This document shows, in pieces, positions 33,615-44,850 of a stretch of 64,000 nucleotides of DNA. Location of the stretch: the NCBI GenBank assembly GCA_964106645.2, contig OZ067051.1. One strand, given 5' to 3'. Source of the stretch: Podarcis pityusensis. Taxonomy: Eukaryota. The position numbers were made by a program, and so were the translations under genes. Each line of letters begins with the position of its first letter. The first letter of the stretch is position 1. The notes below the pieces were generated by a model. It did not search any database and was not told the DNA's origin. It saw nothing but the letters and a program-made list of their open reading frames with translations.

Positions 33615-36600
33615 GTGAGGGGAAATCACGACACTGAGGAAGGAAAGGAGGAGATCTTATATCCCTCAGCCTGAGGAGAAGGTTGAGGGTGAAAGTAAAA
33701 TTCAGTGTTTTCGTTGAGGGCAGGGGTGTCAAATTGAATAAAATGGGTTTTTTTGTGGGGGGACAAGTAAGCCCCGACTTGCAAAATCGATCCCATGTCA
33801 CGGAGCACTCACATCATTTGAAATGACAATGCCCATATACTTTTTGGGGGGAGGGGGCAGCCCCCTCAAATATTTTATTTTGGCTCCTATGGGAAATGGG
33901 ATCGAGAGGGGTTGGTGGGAGCAGATAACTTTGAAGGGACGGAGAGCTCCAGCACAGCAAACATTTATCTATATTTCTACCTATCTATTGGTATAGAAAA
34001 AATAGGGGTGGTTGGCTTTTGCTGCCCAAGGGACTGAGTCCCCTAAGTCTATGATCGGTCAGAGATGAATGGATGGAGGCAGGAGGCCAAAAAAGCATGG
34101 CAGATCATTATTTTTTTTCAGTTGCAACCGAGTTATCTCCCCTCCTAGCAAGGAGGCAAGAGAGACCATACCAGGGCAAAGAATAATGTCGGCCCCGCAA
34201 CCCTCAATATAAACTATGAACCTTTTGAGTTATCTCTTCACCTTGGACTCTGTCAAGAAACGCCCTGTAAAGAAATTCCTGTAAAGATAACATAAAGGAG
34301 AAAGTATTAAGAATACCATTATGTTTCGTTATTAAGCTGCCTTAAGCCTGTTATGCTAATAACTCACCCCTTGATTCTGATTGGCTTCATTTTTAATTTG
34401 CATCTTCAAAAAAGTTTAATAAAGAATTAGTAAACAACAACAGTTTGATGCAAGGGATACATGTTTGCAAATTTCAAAACCCGTATTTCAAAGAGTAAGT
34501 ATATTTTGAAGAAGAAAGATTATTCCCTTGTGGCATTTTTCTGCAGTTGCTGAAGGAGGAGTGATCACAAACCAGGATGCTGCTGATTATCTGTTCAGCA
34601 GTGATGCTTCCCACCCTGACACAAAAAGGTATATTTTGTAGCTGGCTTTATAGCTCAGTTTTTATCAATACCATACATGGTCTGAAGTCTGGGCATTGTT
34701 TCTGCTTCTACTGCTTAATTTCTGGAAGGAGAAGTGTTGGGATGTAAATCAGGTTTAAAATATCCTTTTGTATTGGAAATGCAAGAGGTATCTCACAGAT
34801 ATTTAATAGCTTGGGGATGGAGGATATTTATATATTGTGGGTTATATTGCCTATATACCTGAGAATGGAGATGACGTAAGGCTGTAGTTCCCAAACTCTC
34901 CCACCCCCGAGCACATGAAAATTGCTGAGGCTCTTAGTGGACCACTTAATGATTTTTCTGGATTACTGTAGCAATTGTCATGTGCTGCCTGTGCTAGATG
35001 CTATATCGTTTTATGTATTTTATAGTATTACAATTTGAATTCCATTATCTTCAAATTGGAAAACTGTTAAATACAATGTGGGAAATAAACAATGCAAATG
35101 CAATTAAAACTCAATATGAATATTTAATGTGCTGGATGCGCCATCTCCAACCACAAATCCACATACGGGCTGCAGAACCACTGAATGAAGCTCATGGACC
35201 ACAGTTTGGGAACTCCTGATCTAAGGCATTTTGCTGCCAAGGCAAAATATCCTAGCAGCACTCCCTTGTGGTGGTAAAAAATATAGCAACAAACAAACTA
35301 ATTCTATTTAAGGATGCCTCCAAATCCTCTCTACCTTGGCTGATTTTTGGAGGAATTCGTCCTGCTTGAGAGTTAATTGAAAGCTGTAATTAAAACAATT
35401 GTTTGGATGTTTCATATTCATTTCTGTAACCCCCTTCCTCTTCCTCTAGAATACACCAGAGCTTAGATTATCTAGAAGACAGAGTCACTGTTTTTCATTC
35501 TTCTTATCTTACGGCATGTGTCAACTCTGAAACAAAAAACTCAACAGCATTAGGGCACTTCCTCCTTCTACCTGCCTGCTTGCAGCAAGGTGTGTGGGCA
35601 CAAGTATCCCCCCCCCCATTTCAATATTACACTTGTTATTTAAGACAGGGATGGAAACCTTGGGCATGTGGGGGGAGGGTGTGAAAAGCAGTCCTTTAGT
35701 TTTCTCTGTCCAACCCTTGGCACTCTCACCAGGCCACACATCCCTCACCAACCCAGCTGAGCACCTGCCTCAAGTGCTTTTGCCTGACTAAAACGAGTCC
35801 TTGAAGTACTTCAAAGGCAAACATTGTTAGTTAAGTGATGGCCATTACATTGCATCAAATGATAAAGCTGCACTGAAAGCCTGATTCTCTTTCCTTTTGT
35901 AATCCCGACAGAAATTAGGGAAAAAAATGGCAGCTTTATATGGGAGCAGATTTCCAACCCTCTGAAGTTGCAGGTAAGAAGAATATCGAATGTACATTAC
36001 ATGATTTTGATTTTAATTTAGTTATCTGTTTTGGTCTGTAACTTTTTTATTTTAGATTTTCACATACAGCATTTGTATGCACAGTATGGAATAGTACTCC
36101 AAAATGAAATAACTGAAATTTGCTGAAAGCATGAACTTGGTATGTAGTTTCCTTCCTTCCTTTAGAGCTGCCATTTTTTTATATCCACAGCCCAGTCAAC
36201 CTGTTGATGTAAAGTGCCACAGGGTGGAAGAAGAGACAAAGGCCAAGAGAGGGTTGGAGAAAAGGTATATTTTGTATCAGATGATATTGTTGGATGTCTG
36301 TTGTTTTATGCAGTAGCTAAAATACACTGGTGGTGGCATGTGTTCAGTGATAGTGTGGATTAGCTAAAGTCAGTTCTCACAGCTAGTTCTCAATTCTTAA
36401 TTTTTCATTGTAAGATATCATTACCACTCCACCAACAGTAATTTTATCAACAATGCCCAGAGTTGTATGCAGAGTTAATCATCACTGGAATTAATCAACA
36501 TGATTATCTTAAGTCTATTAATTTCAGTGGGTCTACTCTAAGTTGAGCTTGGATACCCGATATGAAAGCATTAATTAGCTCCCCTCACAGAAGGGAAGTA

Positions 36601-39600
36601 ATTTGAACCAAAGAATGTTAGTCTGCCCAACTGAGCTCCCACAGCCAGAAAATATGTCTACATCAGGTTACTTACCATCATCATCATCATCCTTTTTATT
36701 TGACCGTCAGTCAGAAAAAAGTACATTTTGTCAATACACAGTTAAAAACATCCAGGAAGATTTTAAAATTTGGCCAACACTAAAATGGGCTAAACAGATA
36801 GCCCCATATCAATACAGTCAATTATAGTCTTGCGACGCTTAAAAGCTAAGAAGAGAAATTTGGCCATCAAGGAAGGTATAGCTCTAGTGGCGTTATTCAG
36901 CAAGTGTAAAACCTGGTTTTCTCCGGGTAGGAAGCTGAATTGACATAGGAGTGGGTCTATAAAATTTTGTCTAAGCTCTGCATAAGAAGGGCAAGTCAAG
37001 AGAATGTGTTCGGTGGACTCAACCACCCCCATGGCACAATGACAGGTTCTCTGGGCGTATGGTACTCCCCTGTACCTTCCCCACAATATCGCAGAGTCAA
37101 GGACATTTAATCTAGCCGCTGTAAGAAGTCTACGGTATTCCACATAGTGGATTTCTGCAAGGTAGGGGGCTGGTATGGTCCGATAAATCTGGTCCCCTAG
37201 GAACATCCCTGGTTTTACCTGGGCTATGTCCTCTTGTCTGGCAATGTCACTCAGTCTCCGGGAGATCACAGCTCTAGCTTGATTGTACGTCATAGACTCG
37301 AAGTAAAGGAGAGACAATCCGCAGGATTGAACCTCATTAATGACCTCCCTTTCCCACGATGATTGGAAATCGTCCCTCAATATCAAGGGGGCAATACCCA
37401 CTGGTTTAAAACAAAGCTTGAGCCATAGCCAGAGCTTCGTCTTCAAGGCCACATACCGTAGAGCTTGCCAGCCGACCTCTAATCTCATAACCGCACCCGC
37501 TACCGAGGGGGGAATCCTAAGGATGGCTCTAAGGAATCGCGTTTGGATAGAATCCAGTTTCAAAAAATCCCTACGGGAGCCTAAAGAGATGCCCACCAAA
37601 AGAAGGGGGAGGACTTTCATTTGAAAGAGTCTCAAAGCTATCTTCACTGATTGAGCCTGATTCTTAGCATATAGAGATCTAATCTGGATGGCTGCTTTAG
37701 ATGCGTTAGTTGTTATATAGTCTCTATGGGCCAGAAAAGACCTATTTGGCCGTATTACTTGTCCCAGATATTTAAAGCAGTTAACCTGCTCTAGGGGGAT
37801 CCCGTTCATCGACCATCGATGGAGTCTCGGTCGGGCAGAGAAGACCATGATCTTGGTCTTAGCATAGTTGGGTTGGAGCTCATGCTGATCACAGTATTCA
37901 TGTAGAGCTTGCAACATTCTCCTCAGTCCAATAGGGGATCTGGCAAGAAGTGCGGCGTCATCCGCATACAGAAGAACGTTCAGAGATCGGCCTGATAATT
38001 TGGGGGGGTGGAAAGCATCATTGGCCATGTGAGTCACCAGTGAGTTAATGTAAAAATTAAACAATGCTGGGGCCAATAGACAACCCTGTCTTACCCCTCT
38101 AGTGGTGGTAACCGGGTTGGAGACTAGGCCTTTATTGTCTAGCCTGATTCTCAGAAAGGTGTTTGTATGGAGGCTGGTAATCAGATGAAGGAGACGGCGA
38201 TCAATCTTTGTAGCGGCCAGTTTTATCCATAGCTGCTTTCTAGAGATTCAATCAAATGCCTGCTTAAGGTCAATAAAAGCCACATGAAGAACCTTTGGGG
38301 CTTTGCCGGCATACTTTTCCGCCAGGTGATTCAAGGTTAATATTTGGTCTGTGGTAGATCTTCCAGGGCGAAAGCCCGCCTGTTCATCGGCAATGATATT
38401 GTCGTCCTCCATCATCAGGTTACTTAATGCATCTTGTTCCACTGCCTTGGCCTATTATTTTATTTATTTATTGAATTTATATACTGCCTGGAGGTCTCAG
38501 GGCAGTGCATACTAGAAGTCATATAGGGCGGTCTCTACTAGAAGTCAGTTATATTGGTTTTATTCCACTTTATCATATGGTGCTTCTGGACAGGTTTTGT
38601 TTGTGGGAATAGTGCTCCTCATGAATGCAGGTTTGTTGTTTTTTGTTTTTCTGTGTCTGCAAGATGTTATTGGCATCAAAATGCCAGCTTGTATGCTCCC
38701 CCACTTCATCTTGATTTTCCCATTCTGGGGGAAATCCTGTAAGTTAAAAAATCTGTTTCTGGCAACACATTTAGAATATATCACTGGTTGTGTACACCAG
38801 TGATATATATTGGCATATTACTGCCCAAAAGACTCATAGGAACTGCAGTTTACATCAGAGCTACAATTCAAAGCCCTCTTAACAAACCACAGTTCCCAGG
38901 ATTTGTTGGGGAAAGTATGTGCTTTCAGTATATGTTCCATATAAAGTCACAACTTGTTCACAGTAGTAAGCTCCCATATGGAAGCACCCATGACTTCCAA
39001 CCAAAGTAATTCCAGGGAATTGACAGTTCCAATAATCTTTATGAAGAGAGGATGCCTTTTAACAGTTTGAACGTGTTTGCTTCATTAATATAAATGTCTG
39101 ATGAATCATAGCTGGAGGCTGGGTCTAGATAATACAAAGCAGCACAAGTTAAAAATTATGCTCTTGTAAATCTCTTTCTTCAGGGCAGATTCTTGTCTCT
39201 TGAGTAACAAGCTGATGGAAAACAAAAATAATAATCTGGAATGAAAAGACTTCTCTGGTGTTATATTGATTGTTGTAAAAAACAAAAGGCTTTTGAAAGT
39301 GTAAATAATAGCAAAATTTCTGTCTGAAATTACAGTGAAGACAATCAAATCCCAGGGACAGTAGAAACAGTGAAGATGGCATATATTCCACTACAAGATT
39401 ATCCAGCAAGCAATATGGTGATAGGTAAGAACAAAGCGTAGTTTAGGATTTATCACTATTAGGATTTATCACTACAGTATTATGCACATGACCTCAGTTT
39501 TAAGTACAGCATAAAGCCAATACAATAAAACACAAAACAAAGATTAAAAGCAGCAAATTTTAATCTGATCTTCATCAATGAATGGCAAACTATAACTTGC

Positions 39601-41346
39601 TCAGTTAGATAAGTTAAAAATCTAATTAAACCCCTGGTTAAACAACTGCGGTTTTCCTAGAGACACAGGCTCTGTACACAGTACACACCATACATTTAAA
39701 GCAAATTGAAGGGACATTCTTTCTCCCAAAGAATTCTGAGAACTGTGCTTAATGGCTCACAGAGCTACAATTCCCAGCACCCTCCACAAACTACACTACA
39801 GGCATGCATCCTTAAGTGCATTTGAATAGAACTGGTGGGAGATATGGGACAGCCTGGCTTAGAGAAATGGCAGGAGACCAGAGTCCTTTGTGACAGCTAC
39901 TTCTTTAGGAACTGTGGTCTCAGTTTAGTTAGGTAAAGTTCAGCATCTTGAATTGGGCCCAGGAGCAAAGAATTAATCTTTTCATAATTGGTGTAATGTG
40001 GGTGAATTTTCTACTAACTGAAGCTCCCAAACCTCCTGCAAGGGTGGTCCCACATAACTCACATCGCAATAATCCAACCATTGCAATAATCCAACCATCA
40101 CTCTAGCCAGATTACAGCGGTACCTCGGATTACAGATGCTTCAGGTTACAGGGGCTTCAGGTTACAGACTCCGCTAACCCAGAAATAGTACCTCGGGTTA
40201 AGAACTTTGCTTCAGGATGAGAGCAGAAATCGTGCGGTGGCGGAGCAGTGGCAGCGGGAGGCCCCATTAGCTAAAGTGGTACCTCAGGTTAAGAACAGTT
40301 TCAGGTTAAGAACAGACCTCCGGAACAAATTAAGTTCTTAACCTGAGGTACCACTATTGCTGTCCAGAAGTGGTCATAGCTGGCAAGCCAGACATTTTTG
40401 GTAAAAGGCACTCCATGCCACAAAGACAACCTCCATCTAGTGACAAGACTGGATCTCAGTGTACCTTTAAACTGTGAAGTGTGGGTTTAGTTAGTATGGT
40501 TCAATTAATTTCATTTCATCTGTTTTGCCAACAGTTTCTGACAGGACTGAAGTGAGTTTGTTATTGATTTCAGATATTAAAATTGAATTGCATTTACAAT
40601 CCAGAAGCAATCCTTTTCATCCAGTTTTAATAGTTTTTTAAAAGCTGCAGTCAAAATAACATTACATTTATTCATGCAAATACACACAATTTAAATTAAT
40701 GATATATATCTCTCTTTATATTCCTGTCCTTGGGTTATGACATCAGATCATAGAACTGTAGAGTTGGAAGGGACCCAGCCAGATCATCTAGTCCAACCCC
40801 CTGCAATGCAGGAATATGCAGCTGTCCCATATGGGGATCAGGACAAAATGAAATATGACACTATAATTTTGAAATCCCTGAATTTTCTGTCTCTCTTTGA
40901 AAATTTCATTATTTTAAGAGCAGGTGTGTGTAGGATTGGATTGTTGGGCTAGTGGAGGGCTTTTTAAAAACTCTTTCCCTGTTCCTCTGTGCTGTTTAAA
41001 TCACCTTCTCTCAAGTTGCTAATTGTGTCCCATTAGTGGAAACACAAGGGTTCCCCAGCCAACAAAAAAAATTGCTTTGTAATTAAGCAATTTTTAAGGC
41101 CTTCCAATATTTCTTTCTGTGCTTTGCAACATTTCTTTCTGTATTTTTTAAAACAATATTGAGATTGTGAAATGTGTACCTTTTAACCTTTACTTCACAG
41201 GTTATCCTTCTGCTAAAGAGATGAACAAATTCCTTGGGGAAATACAGGATTTCATTCCTGGCTGCTCTGATTACTTGGCATACTGGATTCCAAATGAAAC
41301 AAGTATTTTCTCTGATCGGAAATCAAAATTAAAACGGAAGTTATAA
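33551..41346 (+). CDS. TERB2: Telomere repeats-binding bouquet formation protein 2, 218 aa; join(33551..33614,34547..34628,35450..35589,35912..35973,36191..36264,39336..39424,41201..41346)
   Basis: Seven exons splice in frame: MFRGCSAWFSQSVSHELRGLWVAEGG...ADYLFSSDASHPDT...GSFIWEQ...PLQDYPASNMV...KFLGEIQDFIPG...KLKRKL, matching TERB2 (C15orf43). Largely invisible in the ORF track because the exons are short. Confidence 0.96.
34547..34628 (+). CDS. TERB2: TERB2 exon 2
   Basis: AEGGVITNQDAADYLFSSDASHPDTK; canonical sites. Confidence 0.95.
35450..35589 (+). CDS. TERB2: TERB2 exon 3
   Basis: IHQSLDYLEDRVTVFHSSYL...ALGHFLLLPACLQQ. Confidence 0.95.
35912..35973 (+). CDS. TERB2: TERB2 exon 4
   Basis: IREKNGSFIWEQISNPLKLQ; donor gtaaga. 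Confidence 0.94.
36191..36264 (+). CDS. TERB2: TERB2 exon 5
   Basis: PSQPVDVKCHRVEEETKAKRGLEK; phase 0-2 fits the neighbours; poorly conserved linker. Confidence 0.85.
36675..38412 (-). mobile_element. 5'-truncated non-LTR retrotransposon, RTE-X-like (RT + C-terminal CCHC knuckle)
   Basis: QAGFRPGRST, FIDLKQAFD, GVRQGC, YADD, FKYLG, CHC-x8-H-x4-C; AATAAA + (GAT)n tail; 14-bp TSD CATCAGGTTACTTA at 36661-36674 and 38413-38426; one stop at 38248-38250. Clade assignment is from motif memory. Confidence 0.88.
39336..39424 (+). CDS. TERB2: TERB2 exon 6
   Basis: EDNQIPGTVETVKMAYIPLQDYPASNMVI; donor gtaaga. Confidence 0.93.
40115..40356. mobile_element. Tigger-like MITE, copy 4 (TERB2 intron 6)
   Basis: Same TIR and body. 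Confidence 0.88.
41201..41346 (+). CDS. TERB2: TERB2 exon 7 (MAJIN-binding C-terminus)
   Basis: YPSAKEMNKFLGEIQDFIPGCSDYLAYW...KLKRKL*. Confidence 0.95.
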
Positions 41347-42082
41347 GTAACATTTAACAAACGCTCCCTGCCTCTGAATATTCTTCCTTGTGATCCTCAT
41401 TCTTAATTTTGCCAGATGTGCTTTACTCTGAATTTTCTCCTGAAAGGATTGCCAAATTTACATTAGAACGTTTTGTCCTGCACGATACCTTAGAATTTGA
41501 ACAGTTAAATTCTGTAAATAATTTATAATTTCAGAACTACAAAGATTTTGTTTGATTTCTGTTCTATTACTAGAACTTACTTAAGCCAAATAGCAATGGT
41601 TTCAGTATTACTACTTCTGCACAGATGTGTGTGTCTACTTTTCAATGAAGCTGTTTTGGTTGCTTACAGAGGTCATCTATAATACAAGGAGAAACATTCT
41701 GAATTGCAGGGTGATAAGTTTTAGCAGCCCAATTTTAGGTCTTGCTTTCAGGCTTCCCACTTGCATCTGGTTGGCCACTTTGAGAACAGGCTGGTTGACT
41801 AGATGGGCCGGCAGCCTGATCCAGCAGACCCTTACGTTCTCGTTCCTGGTACAGCTTGTGAGGTAGAAAGATGCAGTTGACAGCACATCCAAATGTGATA
41901 GGAGAACACATACTTTCCATAGAGAGTGTGAAAAGTTTGCACCTTGGCACCTTTCACTAGGGCTGGGAAAAGGTCTCTGTCTCAGATCCTGTAGATCCAC
42001 TGCCACATGTGGTGCTTACAGATTGAAGTTTACTGTGGAATCAGAGCTGCTCATGGATGTAAGTTTGTCACACTGTCTACAT

Positions 42083-42330
42083 CAGGGGTCAGCAAACTTT
42101 TTCAGCAGGGGGCCGGTCCACTGTCCTTTAGACCTTGTGGGGGGCCGGACTATATTTTGGGAAAAAAAGAACAAATTCCTATGGCCCGGAAATAACCCAG
42201 AGATGCATTTTAAACAAAAGCACACATTCTACTCATGTAAAAACACACTGATTCCCAGACCATCCGCAGGCCGGATTGAGAAGGCGATTGGGCCAGATCC
42301 GGCCCCCGGGTCTTAGTTTGCCTACCCATG
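42083..42330. mobile_element. hAT MITE (same family as 6361)
   Basis: Same ends and body; TSD GTCTACAT. Confidence 0.93.
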
Positions 42331-43139
42331 GTCTACATGGTTGTAATCAGCCTGTTTGCTAAATCTACCCCAGGTTTTTGTTTTTTTTTAAATCAGACTC
42401 AATTTCTGTAGACATAAAAAACATAAGCAGGATAAAGAATGGATATTCAGCTTTAGTTTAGCCTTTCTGAAGATTGCCTGAATGGAGTTCATGGACTTCC
42501 AGTGGTCTGCAGACCACAGTTTGACAACTCTTTGCTTTATGTATGCCTGAGTTTGGACTGTATTTCCACTCTGAGCTGCAAAGTTTTGGTTAAGTTGAAC
42601 AGATGCATGTTTTTCTTCAGATTCATAGTAGTGCTCTTTAGATGGCAACATATGCCCATAGGCAGCTGGGCCAGGTTCAAGGCTCTTGTGTCACTGTACA
42701 AAGCCTGGGACAACCTGGGTCCAGGATACCTTAAGGACCACCTGAACCCTTAAATCTCAATCTGGTAACAGAGATAAGCGCTGTTAGTTGTCCCTTGTGT
42801 TATAGAGTCCTGACCAGCCTCAACCAGAAGCTGGGCATTTAGTGTTGCTGGTCCCATGTTGTGGAACACTCTTCCAGCAGAGATGTGGCAGGCCCCCTCA
42901 CTTTTGATTTCCAGGTGTCTCTTGAACAGGTGTTTTATTTTTAATATAATGTTGACAGGCGTATGCAGCTTTTAAAACATTCAAACCTTGTTTAAAGTTC
43001 ACCATTTTCTTAAGTGGCCGGTCATTTTAATGAGTGTTCTGTACTGATCTTAATGTGTATGTTTTCTAAAAATAATGCGCTTATATTGCTGTACTGCACC
43101 CTGATATTTTACGAGAGGGCATGGTTTTATAAATAAATG

Positions 43140-44000
43140 TGCACGTCAGAATGCGCTAAGCCAGCCCTTCTGCTTGGAGGGGGCTTGCTCATTCCGCTGA
43201 GCAGGCCCTGAAGTCCTCCTCCTGGTACTGTAGGCACCAGCAGCCTCGCATCTCCTCCGCCTTGCATCCTGGCTCCTCCTCTCCGGCTGCTCGCCGCACC
43301 CAGAGACGTTTCAGCACCGGGGACAGCGGCAGCATCTCCGCCTCCGCCCCGCCCCGCCCCTCTCTCATCCGCCGGAGCCACCCAGCCCTGGGTGCGTGCG
43401 GGGCGGGGGGAGGAGAAGGAGGATCGGAGGAGCCTCGCGAGAGCTGCGGCCGCTGCAGCAGGAGGCGCCGGTGGGCGCTGCGGGTCAGGATCCGGGGGAG
43501 ACGTTCGGCGGGGCCCGAGGACCGGGGCAGCGAAGCGGTGAGTCCTAAAAGCGGGGGATGGAGAAGGGCGGAGGCCTCGCCCGTTGGACGCCCGGGCAAA
43601 GAGGCCTCCTCCTTCCAGTCCGCTGCCCTCCCCGCGCTATGTTAGCGTGGTGCCTTCGGGGACATGGGGACGGGGTTGTGCTTATCTTTCCCCGGGGCCG
43701 AGCAATGTGGCCTTCAGTGCGATTTCCTGGAGAGGGTACGTGCAATGGAGCCTTTCCCCGGCGCGTCTCTTCCCCTCATTCCCCGCACTCCACCCTTGCA
43801 AAAAAAAAGGGGGGGGGACCGTGGATCAGGGGAGCTACCTTTTGGCTTTCCCTTTTCTCTCCGAACCGTTGCAAGATGCATGCACTGGACCCCGCTCCCT
43901 CCCCCAACAGGAGCGCCGTGCAAAAAGGGATTAGAGGCAAAAGACTGTGCAGGTTCCATCCGCAAGCTGTTGACATTGATGGTGCTGGTGGGGAGCGCGG
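43140..44000 (+). promoter_or_regulatory. SCAMP5: CpG island with the SCAMP5 promoter and non-coding exon 1 (donor at 43537|43538)
   Basis: Very GC/CpG-rich; GC boxes; GCG|gtgagt donor. Confidence 0.8.
43310..43330 (+). promoter_or_regulatory. REST/NRSF binding site (RE1/NRSE)
   Basis: TTCAGCACCGGGGACAGCGGC versus consensus TTCAGCACCnnGGACAGCGCC. Confidence 0.9.
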
Positions 44001-44454
44001 GTTCCTGCATTTTGAGGCCTTCCGGTAGATGTGTGCCTGTGGTTAGTGTGTGTAAACTGTTCTCTATACGGGTTATATTTATGTAAAACGGTAAGTTCCT
44101 TCTCTTCCCATCCCTCCTTCAATGAGTGCATGAGTGTGCAAAGATATTCCAACAGAGACAAAATGTGTTTTCAGAGTGACCTCAGCTATGGTGTTGTAGA
44201 ACCAAGGGCTTTGCTGAACTCCATCCAATCAGCATCTTCCCTAAGGCAGTTGTCCTCTTCCACGGTTAACCCTGAACATTCCAAATTTTGTGGGTTACAT
44301 CTCCACTATGTCAAAACCAATTGACTGCCAGTTAACGCCACAGAAATAAGCAAGATTTACTTTCAATAGGTAGATAATAGGATGGCGCTGTCAGAGAGTT
44401 TAAGGGCAGGTTTGTGTTGGGGAGGAGTTATATGCATTAAGAAGGCCTTAGTAA

Positions 44455-44477
44455 GTGTGTGTGTGTGTGTGTGTGTG
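44455..44477. repeat. (GT)n microsatellite
   Basis: Direct reading. Confidence 0.95.
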
Positions 44478-44689
44478 ATCTAATGATTTTGGTTGAACAT
44501 TAGGAGGAACTTCTTGATGGTAAGAGCAGTTGACCAATGAAAGCAATGACCTGGGCAGGTGTGTTCTCCATGGCTGGAGGTCTTCAAGCAGAGGCAGAAC
44601 AGCCATCTGTTGGAGATGCTTCAGCTCTGGATTCTTTAACTGAGCAGGAAGTTGGATAAGATCACCTAGATTCTGTATTATCCAGGGTC

Positions 44690-44850
44690 ACAGCTCAGTG
44701 GTAGAGCTTCAGCTTTGCATGCAGAAATTCGCAGGTTCAGCCCCTGGCATCTCCAGGTAGGTCAAGGAGACATCCCTGCCTGAAACCTTGGAGAACCTCT
44801 CCCATTCTCATAGGCAGTATGGAGCTGGGTGGACCAATGGTTGACTCAGG
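44690..44850 (+). mobile_element. tRNA-derived SINE (Squam3-like); related copies near 11335, 14400, 46836, 47415, 61690
   Basis: AGCTCAGTGGTAGAGC A-box, GGTTCAGCCC B-box, shared GCATCTCCAGGTAGG body. Confidence 0.75.

Noticed and set aside
43127-44086. Cluster of overlapping 100-156 aa ORFs on both strands
   Set aside because: Stop-codon scarcity in the SCAMP5 CpG island; low-complexity Arg/Gly/Pro products with no domain
44690-44760. tRNA-like A and B boxes (also near 5235, 8500, 46836)
   Set aside because: No complete cloverleaf and followed by SINE body sequence; SINE heads, not tRNA genes
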